The notes under the pieces: model-generated
The model's input: the letters and a program-made list of their open reading frames with translations, nothing else
The model's database searches: none
Told to the model about the DNA's origin: nothing
Part shown: in pieces, positions 25,260 to 40,212 of the stretch
How the letters are laid out: every line of letters begins with the position of its first letter
How positions within the stretch are numbered: position 1 is the first letter of the stretch
Assembly (NCBI GenBank): GCA_040954595.2
Contig: CM082576.2
Location: 5,306,760-5,370,759, forward strand
Length of the DNA stretch: 64,000 bases
From: Balanoglossus misakiensis
Lineage: Eukaryota; Animalia; Hemichordata
Reading direction: 5' to 3'
Made by a program: the position numbers and the translations under genes

Positions 25260-28200
25260 GTAAGTTCTCACTTTATTTGATTAATTAGTATGGCCCAGAG
25301 ACAAATAAATTATACTTCATTAATTAGTGACAAAAAATAAATGTTGTTTTTCCAGATTAATTATTGCCAGTTCTCAAACCGCTTCAATATCAATCTTTTA
25401 AGTCTCGAAATTAATGATTTTCGCAAATTAAATACAATATATCTTCTTGTACATTAATCATATTTCATTATATAACAGTGCATAAGTACAGACAATTATT
25501 TAACCGTGCTATTTAAAAATATCGCCGTCATCTGTGTAGCTGTATGGAATATCAAGTAGGTAATTTAAGACATCCGAAATGAAATGGTTTGGTATTCTTC
25601 GTGACACGTGATATTCCGTGGATTCATTCTAGCGGGGCAATTGCTAGTCTAGATTTATTGAACAATTTTGTGAACTGGTTTCTTTTCCGTCGGTGCGGAA
25701 AAGGAGCTAGCAACACCGAGGAAAAAAGAGGTCGCCAAAAAAGAAATCACAGCGATATGCATGATATGACCCTTGCGCTGCGAAGGACCGGAGAGGCACG
25801 CAACAAACATCACTTCGAAGGAATAGCTCGTTCATTTACACGACCAGCCAACTGGAAACCCTTGCCACATGAATAGATGCGATGATCGGGCCCTGGCGAA
25901 AACGCCGCAAGACTTCCTGTTTGAACCCCGTCTAATAAAAAGACGCTGGACGCACTCTCGTATAAGAGCACCCTATTTGTGTGGTTAACGTATTGAGTCG
26001 AGTTTTATGGCCTAAATGGGCCAAGATTGAAGTTTGATGAGTTGATCTGAAAATTCGATACATTTAAATTGGGCAGACGTCAAGACGGAATAATTAGAGC
26101 TATAACCCGCAGAGCATGACATGCCCTACAGATTGTGTATATAATATCACGTTCATTATGTGATATAGACACCTGCTCATCTGCTTCTGAATGGTCTATA
26201 CTAGTGAATACCTTGCCTACTTTATTTATAGTTTTAAGCTCCCGTTGGTACACACAAATATAAGTATAAATCGATTATTTTCACAGCTTAGAATAACTTT
26301 CTACAATTTCGACCACAGAATCGCTATCAGACACCTTCGATCGCTTTCCTTTTCCGTTTATTTCACGACTGAGTTGAGCAATGTGACACTCTTTCTCAAT
26401 GGTGTCAATTATTGATGTCGTTCTTTAGTGAATGCGTCTCCCAGACGAAACACGGTTGCGTATATCGGAATGCAAAAGACTGAAGATCTATACCGCCATC
26501 TTGAATTTTGCGCGCCCAAAAATTGATATTCAATGTGTTACATCAAATTGCTTCTTCTTTGAGTGTGTATTGGTTTCCCGAGGGTGCGACATAAACAAAG
26601 ATAATGATCATAAAGTAGCAGTTATATTGGTTCACATCGCGATTCTAAATTATATGCTGCCCTTGTGTCTAAAGTCTGAACAAAATGGAATGATATTGTG
26701 ACTGTGGACACGAAAACGAATCTTGTGATCGCCTGGGGTCATGTGAGGTTATATCGCGACGCAACTATCTCTACCATTCTGTATAGCAATGATAGAGATA
26801 GTTTGCGAATGCAAAGTACGTGACACACCTTGGATATTAATTGTACTATCTGTCAAATGGAAAATTTACGCTATCGCAGACATATAGTGGTGAGGTTGAA
26901 TAGACGACATGACGTCCTTTTGATGTGTAAGCTGTACCATTGTTAACACCCTGAATTAAAATAGCATGATGGGCCAGTAACCATCAAGAACATACAGACA
27001 TATCCAGTTGAAAAGGCCTGAATACCTTTTCAAAAGTAGAACGCCCAAACAGGTCCTTATCTAAGCCTTTCGTAATCTCTTGTCATGTCGAAAATTGTTT
27101 CATGAATAATTGCAGAATCCTTTCTTTACAGTGACAGATGAAACGCGTCGTTCGCGCCATTGCACTTTTATGAATCACCTCGTGTGTCTGACGTTAAATC
27201 CCGCGTGATGAGATTTCCCGCTTCAGCAAGGCGTCCGTCGTCTTCCTCATCATCTATACCTTGCTCATATACTCCCTCCCAGACATAAAGATCAGACTCG
27301 AAAACACGATAAACAACAAGCTCGTCGGGAAACGTAATGATAGCTGATGGCGGTTTTGCGCGAGAACATGACTTGTGTGCAGCGTGAAGAGTGATGTATG
27401 AAACGCGAAGTGTGAAGTGTATTGGAGGCTGTAGAGTTCAGTGTGAATTGCGAAGCGTGAAGTGCCCTCTCCAATAGTTTGCTTCGACGCTTTAATGATT
27501 TCACAATGAAAATGGGGCCACGTAATGCCACTTTGACACTGGGAATGTTCGAATGTGAGAGAAAGTTATAATCCAATTTCCTCTTACACTCAATCCCCTT
27601 CTTAGGCTTCCTGCACGGTCATTTCCGAGCTCTGTATTTGGAGTCGATTTGTCTCTTTCAAGACGTTACTGACATATGTATATTTACACAGCGTTTTCTA
27701 GGACGCAAATCATGGCAGATCTTAAGCGATGCGGTTTGGCACTCATGTTCAAGAAATAATTTGAATAATCTTATTGAGTGATTGACATGTATTACAAGAA
27801 AGAGTTAATTTCATATACACGACGTATACACAAAATTTAAATGTCGACCTATGTAGAGTGTACATTTGGCGTTTCTCAAAAACATAGGCAAGAATCATAG
27901 GCGACCGAGATAAACGTGGAAGTGGGTGGTGTCATAAACCGCATGGCCTGTTAGCTCGGTTGTGAGCATCCGACATGACTTCGGGGGGCGTGGCGTTTCA
28001 CGGTGTATACTTGGGTCACCTTTTCCTTCATAAAGGTGACAGAGATGGAAACAGCGTGGGAATGTGTACCTTCGCACGTTTGCTCAATAAACTGATCATT
28101 GTGAATTTGCATGCGTGGAAATAATTGCCTTCCAGGAATCATACCAGTTGAATGCCCTGATAAATGTGTTCAAAAATCTGTCCATTATCATTTAGGAACT

Positions 28201-28698
28201 TAGCTCGTATTATTAGGGAGTAATGAATACTCTCCCGGAGCAGGCATAACGAGTTCGCGTGCCGCAAAAGCGAGGAACTCACTCCGACCGCCCGCTGACA
28301 AGAACCTAAATTCACAACCGTAAAATCCTTGAGAATTCAAGTGTCGCTGTCTCTTTAAAACATTGAGGTAATTACATCGGCAGGTGTTCATTGATCACAC
28401 AGATGAACTAAACATTGCCTAGTGGTTTTTAATAGTAAGACCTCTTCAAGGTGGAAATGAAATGGCTGCTGTTGGTGAACGCGACCGTCGGGGAGAACGC
28501 CTATTAACTACTGCCTCTTCCTGATTTGTTTTTCTTTGATGGCGATCAGTGCAATTAACATGATAATATACATTTAATTACATGTACTCCCATCCCCACG
28601 CGTTTTAATAGTTCAAGGAACTGCAAACGAGAAAGGACAGCGGGGTAGTAATGTTCCCCAAACACGCTTTAATACGAATTTCCAATTTACACTTACAG

Positions 28699-28869
28699 AC
28701 ATTCGGCCAGCACTTTATAGCATCCATCCGACCGACGCTGAAGAACAACTGGAGCGACTCGGTGGAGGAAGCTTGGGAGCAGCTGTTCATTTGCATCGCC
28801 CACAGAATGAAGCAAGGACTTACGGAGGCCGCCACCGAAGCCAGCCTACACGAAGATTTACAGCAGTGA
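28699..28869 (+). CDS. Globin 3 exon 3
   Basis: Acceptor cacttacag|ACA. Encodes TFGQHFIASIRPTLKNNWSDSVEEAWEQLFICIAHRMKQGLTEAATEASLHEDLQQ, then TGA. Confidence 0.92.
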   Translation, partial: TFGQHFIASIRPTLKNNWSDSVEEAWEQLFICIAHRMKQGLTEAATEASLHEDLQQ

Positions 28870-28918
28870 TAGATGCATGGGTTGTGTATAGCGTCTATAT
28901 CTACCTCTGAGTACTCCA

Positions 28919-29110
28919 ACACTACACTACACTACACTACACTACACTACACTACACTACACTACACTACACTACACTACACTACACTACACTACACTAC
29001 ACTACACTACACTACACTACACTACACAATACAACACACCACACCACAACGCGACACAACTCAACACTGTACAGCACAACGCGACATGACACAACACAAC
29101 ACAACACACC
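28919..29110 (+). repeat. (ACTAC)n pentanucleotide microsatellite decaying into ACAAC/ACACC variants, just 3' of the globin 3 stop
   Basis: About 21 perfect units at 28921..29025, followed by degenerate 5-mers. Confidence 0.95.
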
Positions 29111-32100
29111 ATTTCTCCTGCCTCACGATTTGTTTCCTGTACAAGTTAGATGTTTCCTACCTCTCAGCCGGAGTGTCATACTTGTCTGATTTCAAAGGAA
29201 ATATATATTTTACTTTAGATAACTGACAAGTAGACCGTGTAAATGTGGAGGACGCTCTGCTTGGAGCAATGATATAGTGTCGTTTATCGAGTTCTCGGGA
29301 CTTTTAACGACGCCGCCATTCTGCATTTTCAAACTTCTAGAAGTATAGTGCATCTAAACTTCAATTTTACTGATCTTTTCGGGACCATGTACACGTATAT
29401 AGCTTTGGTATGCTCGCTTTCGTTCTTTCGTAGTGTAATACCTTTCACTGCGCTACGGGTCGAAAAATCAATATCAATGGATTTGTACACTCAAAGTTTG
29501 ATATTTGATACGTATTTGAAATAAAACACTCTGTGTGGAAATTTGACATTTTTTTCGATTGTGTGTGCTTTTATGATTCGTGTTAGATAAGTACTCTCCC
29601 CGCGTATTTCGCTGTCGATCTTACGAGTTAGGCCACTTGAACAGACCCTTTTATCTATAAGAGGTGCCTGACTAGATAAATTCTGAAGGTGATGTGAGGT
29701 ATCGTAAAACTGAGTGATGTCTGAATACACAATGGAAAATACATCAGGCACGATTCGAAATCTCATAAATCAAGGTATAACGCGCTGATAAACATTTGGC
29801 TGCGTACAGAAAGTATTATTAAATGTTAATACATCACTGCGCCGCGAATGACAGATCAGACCGGTAATCAAAATGAAATCTGCGATGATAGAAGAGGATG
29901 ATCTGACGCATGCCTGGAGTTTTGACAGATCTTTGCAATTACTGTTGCAGCTTGAGGAACTGCATGGGCCCCGATTCGTTGAAAAATTTACACGTGACAT
30001 TTCCCGTGATATAGGGAAAAATTGGTTGCAAAGAGCTTTACCATTTTCGAAGATATTACATATCACTGATTCGGATAAAAGATGATGTATGATTTATAAA
30101 CAGTATTGCTGCATCGCCTATATTTTATTTTCAGAATGTGGTTCCGTCCTTGTGTTCCGAGTGGTCATAGTGTTGGCCATTAGTCACGTTTTTTTCCTAA
30201 CTATTATTCTATGTATCATTTCAGTCACATTTGTCATTCTCGTTTCCTTTAAAGCTGCTGGCATAGGCCTACGTAGGTTTCCAACTGTTATAAACAAGGA
30301 TTGTGTACTATGACTTACACAGGTGTATATGCAATTCAGAGTCCATAGCCTTCCATGGCGATACAAATCGGTCATTTTGCTGGAGCTATTACTCCCAATT
30401 GCCTGAAGCCGTTATTAAGGTTAAGCATGATTATAGAATACACGCTTTTGATACAATGCTTATGTCCAACTAGGAACCGGAAACCATCTTAGCTTCATTT
30501 AAATTTGTTCTCAGTTCGATCACTCAACCTTGACTTATTATATTTATTTAAAAGATTGTGCACGGCAAATGCACTGTGGCTGTCAGTTAATGTAAGTACA
30601 TTTATCCATTAGCCGTAACATTTCAAGTGCTATGCTCCAGTACACGTTCAATTACTTCAACTGACCACCGGAGACAAAGGCCTGTATTGTAAGTATAGGG
30701 TGGGTTTCTTTATTTTATGCGCGATGTACTAAAGTATTTACCACAATTAAAAGTTCTTGTGATTTATCGGACATTGAGGCAAATAAGAAATAAATGCAAC
30801 GTGGATTGCTGTTTACACATTACATGTAACTATAGTTCCTGATCCGAAATTTTCTCCAATGCGTGACCTAGATATAAAATGCCACAGAAGTGCCATGAGC
30901 ACACAATCAAATTTAACGCACAATTTGATACCGTGGACGCAAACTGGTTGTACCGTATTAAGGTCACTCATTAGCGTAACGGTTGAATTTCTTCAGAGTC
31001 GGTTGTCTCTCAGAATTATAAGCTTATTACGGCAGGGGTGGTGTCACGCATTTTACAGGTAGGTGAGGTCACTGTCTAAAATAGCGAATGTTCAACCCCG
31101 TCACTTGCGATGTTTACAAGGAAGAAGTCGACTAACCGGTGAGTTTTCAAGTCTTAATAATTTTACGTGCTAAGCATACGTAATCTATCGAATTACTTTG
31201 CTATATAGGAACTCTCATAGCCAAAGATTCAATGTTTGCCATCAATTGCCACTGATTACATTTGTAAACCCAGGAAGGTGAATAAAGGTATCGTACAACC
31301 GCGGTGCTCATCAAAACAATAATTGCATTTTCTTATCACGATTAATCAATTAGGAAGTACATGTATAACTTGTACACGGCTCCTATTTCTTCGCGAGTTT
31401 CCCAGCCACCGATATAGTTTGACGCTCGTAAACTCTCGCGAACTCTTTCGTGTGGCCCAGTTCGGAATAACCGCCTCCAGTGCGAACTAATATTAAACCA
31501 GTTCACTGCCAAATGTGAATCAAAATAAGAAGCGACAGCCTAATCTTTGGATGGAAATAAACCGGATATTTCTATTATGGACTGTTGTTGTATTTCACCC
31601 GTGGCTCGGGTAAACATGAAGATGGGGTGTTCATGTACCACAGTATAATATGACTTATAAATCACAGCAAGCTAGATCGAACACTGCTGCAATTTTACGA
31701 AATCAGGACATTTCATGAACAAGTTCAGTGAATCAAGAACCGCGGAAATTTGAAAGAAACGCATTTTCACTGCTGTCAGGTATACTTTCCATCACCACAC
31801 TACTGTCGGACGGTGAGAATATCATTGTCATCGCGAAGTGGTGCGGAATCGAACGCCGTGAAGTTCGATCTTATTTTTATTAGCCTCCAGGTGACCCTTT
31901 ACTAACGTAACCATATGTTTGTCAACCGATGCGCGTCGCTGCTTAATACTGTTTTTGACGTTCACGGCAGAGCGAACAATGCATTTCGGGGAGTTTGTAG
32001 TGGCTGTTGGATTCAATCTGATGATAATAAAAATGTACTGATCATTTTGGACGAGCTCGTTTTTCTGGTTAATTTGCATGTTACCTTGACACGTCAGCTT

Positions 32101-35100
32101 TATACGTATATTTCTATACGCCTTTTCACTAAAGTAATACATACTCGCCTTCATATCAACTGACTTGATGAAATTTTAAGTGAAACCTTCAATTTCAAAT
32201 AGTTGCTAAAATTGTTCATTTTACTGTATTATTGAATGTTGAATGGCCCAGAGCAACAGTTATTAAAATTCATACAAATGATAAAAATAGTAACAACTCA
32301 GTATTACACGTCAAAAGCAAAATAGATATTGAGACTCAAAGTCTATAGAAAGAAGCAACCTGTAAAAAGTTTCGAAATATAGGGACTCGAAATCTGAAAC
32401 TAGGGAGTCTTTTTGATATACTCTGATGTACGTTGATATAATGAACTCCTATTATGACATTTCCTCATAGAAACACCCACAATTATATCATGAAGAGATC
32501 TTAATATTTTTAGACAAGCGAGTATATGGTTTTGTTCCACGAGTAATTACGCGAGCCACTTGAGCCACATTGTTGGTCGTTCGAATGAAGCAAAAGTGTG
32601 TATTCGTATTTTGGCCCATGATCTTGGGCGATATAATGATATACTTATCCCCCTGAGATTTTTTATATACCAATCCAATCATCGGGGGCCATTATACCGC
32701 GTTTAATGAGTTTTATACTTGTAATGTGGAACCCAGCATTTTCTGTAATTAGCTGATAAAGAGGATCTGGCCGCCATTGTTAACAATCCATATTGCCTCT
32801 GGGAACGGCAATTATGGATTGTGCGGTGAAAGGCCGGGATATTTTCCTGAATTCTTAGCGGGAAAGGGGAGTGGAATCTGGCACATAATATCGAGTCATG
32901 GACACATCATCACATAACTGTGTTAAATTTGCTTTCCTATGGTTTTCTCGTACTTATTCGCGCCATTTTGTTCATTGTTCTTTGCATCACCAACTATAGG
33001 CTGCCTATATTTTGATATGAATCTGCCCTCATCAAGTCGAATGAACTGGTCAGAGAGGATGGACTTGTGGTCGCATATCAATAGATAGATCGGTCAATGA
33101 ATTCTGGCTAGCAATACTAACGATTACATTTCCCTATGTTACGTGTTTCGTAAAGCCACGTGTGTATACTGCATGGGATAGCATAAAAACATCGCCCTAA
33201 TGTTGTATTAATATTAATTAATATATTAATTTAGTTCATAGACAAAGGTTCATGCCGTACGTACCTATATGTAATAATAATGTGAAACGCGTCTAAAGAT
33301 AAGAAACGTATGCCAATAACATAGGTGAACTCATTAATGGGCCACAAACAATGATTACTGCTTTCATCACGAGAAGACATCCTTGAATTAGATTTATGAA
33401 ACAGACGTTGCCTGGCATTTAATATTGACTGAGGCATGATCGACTTTCAGCTTCCGTCGAAGACTGGCAATATCGTGCCACAAGCACTACGCAAACCGGT
33501 GTCAACTATGTCCTTGGATGAAAGCAGTGTCATATAATAGTAATTGTTTCCCGCCGAAAACCAAACTGTCCCTAACGCTTCTGAAATGTGCGTTTCCTCC
33601 TGGAAGTGCGGAAATTTGCTGGATTCGCAAGAAAGCAGATGCACGCGTTTATCTATCTGAGTATCCGCTCGTATATCTGCCGTATACACGTACCATGTAT
33701 ATCATCTCTCATGGTACCCGATCGAGTTATATTCAGAAGATCAACATAGTTCATACAAAAAACTGAATGATTGTCTAACGCTTACAACCAGCTATCAATA
33801 GTCTGTTTGAATGTTTTTATTCGAGTCTTATCACTATCGCAACAGTCGAGTCAAACAGTACGGATCCCGGTGTCCGACGTACTACTGTTCCCTTTTCCAC
33901 TATTATGGACTTGCGTGTGAAGACACGTTGATCCGCCATGTTTTCATTTCGAGTCGTTACCGATCTATCTCAAAAGAATGTTTATTTCAAAAGAATATGA
34001 ATCTAATCCTCAGCACATGAAGCTTGATAAGCCGTTATTGTGGTATACTGCCATTCAGCGTCACATGTTTGTCTGGGTTATCGCGCCTTTTCAATTTCCA
34101 ACGATTTCTGTACACAGATTACATGTACTTAGTTTGCCAGGCAACCCCGAAAACGTTGCCTTATTATATCCCTCGCGGGGCAGTCGGTCACGTACTAAGT
34201 CTTTTGGGAGGAAGTCGGTCAGTCGTTTTGATTCAGAATCCGTCTTGAGGACAGTCAGCTAACAAAATTAGTAGAATAATCGCAACTCTTGACCGTCACG
34301 TCGAACGTGGCCCCCCTCTATTTTCCTAGAATTTTATAATCTGAAACCTTTTTAAATCCAATCCCTTGACAACTCGTTACTTTTGCTCAGATGGAATTGT
34401 TACACGTAACGCACACCTATAAAATCACGAAAACAGAAAAGTTCCATTTAAAATCGAAATTGGAAACCAATATTTTGTTGTCTGTTTCTGAATACGCGAT
34501 ATCTGCACTTGTATCGCTTACGTGGGTCGTCCCCATTAACATTGAATATATAGTGCAGTCCCTTGATTTCTGCTATGAACATTTGCATATATAATGCATA
34601 TACGACCATATATTGGGGACGTCCAATACACTGATGAAATGCACTGATATTCACCTGGGGTAATAACAGGCACTTAATCAACCCATGGACAAATCTCTCA
34701 ATGTCAAATCCATTTACACGCGACCCTTCCTGACCTTTGCGTTACCTGATGCATTCGGTATTATGAACATGACCGCTTGGGACGTGTCTGTCAAGATTTG
34801 CGTATCTTATCACACTTGACCCAGGGTACTTTCTCTTTTTTCTCCCAGCAATAATGCAAAGCTGTAGGCATGCAGATGGAGGGTTAAACCTTGCCTTGCT
34901 ACCATTTGTATTTTTAGGATTCAGCGCTTATTATATGTTTGGTCACATTCCAGAAACTTTGCTCAGTGTCGAGCAATCAGAACTGGGACAGTTGTTTCGT
35001 GGAAGTGGTTATAGCTGACTACGTGTATTAATAATCACACTGAAAGCAGATGTAAATTTGACTGCAAATATATATCAATATCTCCTTATGCATAGTTCAG

Positions 35101-38100
35101 TAATTCAATTTTCGAATGAATGAAACCCTTCTGACTCAGTTGTCCGCCCATGGGCAATGCGTGAACAGCGACCTACTTTAACGGAACTGCTGCATGCAAA
35201 GTTGAAACATAATAACGTTCTCGTCAGAAAAATGTATTCGGAAAATTAAAAAAGTAGCATGAACGCTGGTATCACTATTATTATCTTCCCGCCATTAGCC
35301 TGTTCGCCTACTTGATTTGAATGAATTTCCTTACTCGATATTAATCACGCATCGGTTGCTATGAAATTAACCAACTTCTCTGGGCTCAAATAAATATATC
35401 GATTATATTACCTCTAACGAGGGTGCATACATGTATGTAATGACCTTATTACATTATTCTAAAACTTCCTTGTTATAAGCTGACTACGTGTATTAACCCA
35501 GCATTTCTTTACCCTTCGTCTCGGGTTTATCTGAATTATTCTGCAGGACACAACTGGTCTCGGGAAGTGCAAGGAGGATTTTGAAATACGCTGTCTCGTC
35601 TTTGCGCTACTTACAGTACAAAGGAGAATATATTAACTTTAATGTTGTACCACATCAAGAATTATCGTCTGGTTACTGAACGAGAAACTCGATTAAAGGA
35701 CAGTGGTTTTAATCGTGTTTATAGCCTTGGAACAAGGAAACAACGTCATGAGTACATGTATAACGTATCACGTGACCAGCTATTCCAAGAACCCTTGACA
35801 GATCCGATTTACGACACACTGTCACTGGCAGACGTGCCATGAAGAAACACGTGCGCGTTAAGCATTCAAATTGTACACCAAAGAAGTGATTCACGTTTTG
35901 TTGTTTCATTTTATGAACTACAAGTAGTTAACCACGGTGTGAATTTCTCACACTATGAAAGAAACTGACAGTTCGAAATCTTTCAGTTGATCATGATGGC
36001 GAATTTCCATATTTTAGTACAGGCCTACCGCTTTGAATTTTTCCAGGTCCGGCAGATTCACAGAGTTTGCACAGAAATCCTAAAATCGATTTCTGCTACC
36101 AGTGTTACGTGATCTCTCTGCATAAATGGAAATCTAAAATTGAAGATGGATAGATCCTAGTACTTGTAGGATTGGTCATTTCCATCGTAAGAGGGCGCTC
36201 TAAGCGCATAGACCTGTGATGTATACTGGGAAATGGTGCCTTTCCGGGACCGAATTTAAATAAGATGTTTCTGATTCTGATAATGGCGGGATGTTTCTGC
36301 TATCCTCTATTTCAATTTACTCATGCTACTCCACGAAACAACAAAGGGGGAACACGGTTACTTTTACATGTTAAAAATGCCTGTTACGCTACGTGGTTTT
36401 ATATCAGCGGGTCCATTTTCTATTTTCAGCTTCTATAAAACTTGGATTTTTTCATTTATAAGATACAAACATTCCAAAAACTTGCCATTGCGGGTAGTAT
36501 TATATTAACTATGATTTTTCTTTGGTAAACTGGAAGTCAATCCTGAGGATTCGCCGTTGCCACTTCAAGGTATACCCACTGTACTGACCTAATTCTGAAG
36601 TGCGACCTCAGTCGGTTGCGAGAGATGCACTAAAGTTACAAGTAACTGAATGATATTCACGACTACCGTGTTTTCTGTCAAGACTTTGGCGGTATGCATT
36701 TGCATGTGATACCGATACACGTCACGGTTACGGTACGTTACACTGAGGAGTTCGCCCATTGCATCCTGGGATCTCTCAGTGATGACAAACTAATTATGAG
36801 TTCACAATGTGGGGCAGGGCAACCAATGTGTGGTCCACTCTCGAAAGAAAACAGATTTTACCTCACCGAGAAAGTACTAGCGGCCGGTTTTAACTTATTA
36901 AATGAAGATGTTATGATGCTTTCAACGAGAAAGCCTACCAGGGCCCGAAAATGTCACCGTTGACCAGCAGCTCTCTGCAGGGGAGGATCATTACCTTTCT
37001 GACATTACACCCCCCCCCTCCCCCTTTCTCATTAAATCCTGGGGGGAAACTACGCCGACACTGAACAAGATCTTAATCACTACACAAAGAAAAGATGTTA
37101 CTGAAAAGAAGGATGTCACATTGGAAGAAATAATGCGGAGAGTTCAAAGTGGGCCGCATCTTTTGATGCACATTTCAAACATGGACGGATGTGAGCAGAT
37201 AAAAGATGTCAGACCTGGTCCATGCTGTTTGTTATCGCTAGCTGTCTGCTCCTTTGTGCCTTTCCCAGAACAAAGTTAATTTTCTCCCAAATGAAGCATT
37301 AAAGCATACCCCAACGTTCGTGTCCGTCCAGTCTCCCCATGCAAAACGCTATTACCCCGCAGACAAAATGCCTTCATGGGCAAATGAATGTATGCGACCC
37401 GGATTTACTGAACACGCTTTCATGATTGTAGCCCTCAAAAAAATTGTTTGCTGCGTATCGGAGAAAGTGGGGCGTAAACGCAGTTTGAACTGCAAGACAC
37501 ACATAGGGATCACTAGACGTGACTCGCTCTGACTATATGACGTTGCCCATAGTACGCGGTTACATATTAGACATTCTTTTATTTACTATTAACGAAATGA
37601 AAAAAGAATGAATTATGGGCGTAGATATTATGTTGAAGGTGGTACTATTAAACCCGAGTAGTCGGTGTGTGCCGAACCTTCTTACATGACCAAACCATTG
37701 CTACGGCAATTAACCAAGTCTCGCGAGATCTCGCAAAAACTTGAATATTTGGGCACAGGGTTCAATGAAACATACACTTAGTCTATTACTGGGTCTAATG
37801 TACCGTTACAAAATGAGTACATTGGCCCAGTGTTATATACACTACTTATCATGAATATTAAAAAATCAAGAAAAAATAAGAAGATTACCTGTGTGCCTAA
37901 TCGGTAGGTTGACCTTTATGATATTGTTAAAAACTGGGACGGCCTCCACCAAAATTGTTCGACTCATCTGCAGATAATAAACCGAAACATTTCCAATTAA
38001 ACGGGATGTAATCTAAAATGACGCACGACGTGGCCTTCAAGATTTGCTGAGCTACATTGGAAACATTTCGTCGCTGTCGACAAACATGTTTATACGAAGT

Positions 38101-38558
38101 TACAACCAATCTCCGGTAACCAGCATACTGTTGACTGGAATGTCTTGATCAAGCAATGAGGACCTACTTTATCACACAGACAAGATTACTGTATAATTTC
38201 TACTCCGCATCTTCTGTTGATTGAATCTGTTTGATAGATAGAAAAGGACTCAGAAACTCAACGCGGCGGCTTCGTCCATTCTCAATTTCCACATAAACTC
38301 GGCAATCCCGCTAAATTTGGTTATAAGCCGGTGAAATTAAACGAGCTGCTGTTGTTATGCGGATAGAACCAGTAACAGATTCAATGACCTTCCATTATTG
38401 AATCAAGATAACTACTCGAATGGCACGGGTTTTTTTCACTCTGGATCACAAATGTACCGGTCAGTACCCGGTGGTGGATTAGGGTGGCATTCATCTTTGC
38501 AAATTCAACCCTAATGTTACCTTGGTGAACTATCCCTTTCGCTGACTTGGACAGCTTA

Positions 38559-38709
38559 GTTTTTTCGCGTGAGGCATGTTAACAAGGTCGAGCGGTTGGT
38601 TGGATTTGGCTCAGATGCGGCCCAGAACGGAATGAGCGAGGCAAATGGCGTTCTGAGCCACGCCTGAGCTAACCCCAGCCTTGTCGACACGCCTCACGCT
38701 CAAAAAAAC
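38559..38709. repeat. Imperfect palindrome / fold-back element
   Basis: Left arm ttttt-cgcgtgaggcatgttaacaagg...ggctcagatgcggcccagaacg. Reverse complement of right arm tttttt-gagcgtgaggcgtgtcgacaagg...agctcaggcgtggctcagaacg. Confidence 0.65.
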
Positions 38710-40165
38710 GGGCCCGGGCAAAGCGACGGCGACACGGCCATTAGAATTTGTTAGCGTGTAGGGTGCGACGATAGCTCACCTTCTTAATGTAGATACCGCC
38801 TGCCGATGTCCGCCAATTCGGGCGTCAAAAACTTCGTGTCTCACAGATAACGGAGTCCGCCATTTTACCTCACTGAACACGTCAAACCTTCAGTGTGGCA
38901 AACCGCCACGTAAAGGGGCGTGGCATTGTTGCAATAGAAAACACCTGCTAAACACCGCAAAAATCTGAATAGTGTTCGCGGCTTGTTATACGTCACACCA
39001 AGCACCTGTGGCATGCACCATTTTCTATTGGAAGAAAAGGGGTGGCACGATCTCACCGTCATTCTCACCTCGTCAAGTAATGTTTTAAATTCAATCGGCA
39101 TTCAACACTCAGTTTTTTTTAGATGGACGATCATTGTGTGAATCATTTGCACTCATGGTTAATTGGCTCCTGTACACAACAGCCCTATTAACGCTCGCTT
39201 GCTTTTACTGACGTCAATTACACCCCCCTCAAGGGACAGTGTTGAGAGGAATTTGGTTTTTGATCCGTATTCTCCAGTTTCTATACCATACGGAATTAGT
39301 ATCATTGATTGGTATAAATTGATAAATCTACACCCCCACATCAGGTAGCTCAAGTTTTGCGTCACTTTTATATACTTGGTGCCTTTTGGCCGATAGGATA
39401 GGCAAGTGGGCACTCAAAAACGTCATCATGGCATTAGCTCCCCTACGTCGAACGTATGTATCTAAAATAAACATGAATGTAAGTGACAGTTTCCGTAAAG
39501 CCTATCAGTTAGATCCATCCTCAGCTCGGGTCGTCGGAAATGAGTTTTGCAGATCCGTAGCAGTGCGTCAAGGCAGCAAAGGGAAACGCCGGGACGGACT
39601 ATACGCGGATGCCTCTTGAAATACGTCTCGTTATTGGAGCATCAAAAATTCAAGTGCTCGTGATGTGGCGGGAATCAGATTTCAGGGACTTAGTGCCCGA
39701 GCAGTGCTCGATAAACAACCCGCTGCTGAAATTAAAAGACCCATGCACACCTGCTACCTATTGGAAAGTCATGAGCTGCTCTGCAGCGCTACTCGCTGAC
39801 GCAAGGGCGCTGTGGATGTTATACAACGACGACGGGAGAATCAAGAGAGACGTCGAAGAAAATTGTTTAAAAGGCCGCTTCTGATTGGCCGAAAGAGAGA
39901 GAGAGAGGCTGAAGCGACGCACCATGGGTGTAATTTAACTTAGGAAGGACGAACGTTCCTGAGCACAGCTCTCGATTTAATGAGGGAATTATCTTCTGGA
40001 TTATCTCCAACGGCAACTGGGTCTCTAAAGTAACGGAAGTCTGAGGAGGGGATAAGTGAAAGGAAAATTCATTCTCGTCAGGAAAAGCCTTCAACTACAT
40101 CATACTCACGTCGTCACACCAAGTACCTCGGCATTTTACCCTCGGAAACAAGGCGACATCCATTC

Positions 40166-40173
40166 TATAAATA
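40166..40173 (+). promoter_or_regulatory. Candidate TATA box of globin 4
   Basis: TATAAATA starting 47 nt upstream of the ATG. This would imply a short 5' UTR. Confidence 0.35.
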
Positions 40174-40212
40174 CACACAAGTCGCGCATGTTTGAAATCT
40201 CTGCCTCTAAAA

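Larger units (their letters stand above)
19034..28869 (+). other. Globin gene 3 (globin X-like, 177 aa), join(19034..19167,25031..25259,28699..28869)
   Basis: Three exons splice in frame into a complete globin starting MGCRLSS. Confidence 0.9.

Noticed and set aside
28873-29226. ORF with (TTLHY)n repeats
   Set aside because: It is a translation of the (ACTAC)n microsatellite just after the globin 3 stop.
29873-30085. ORF containing EELHGPRF...RDIGKN, reminiscent of globin exon 2 (EHGLRF...DLGKRH); possible fifth pseudo-globin
   Set aside because: The spacing between motifs is about half that in the real exons. There is no proximal His, no HPE..FF motif and no matching splice sites, so chance is the likeliest explanation.
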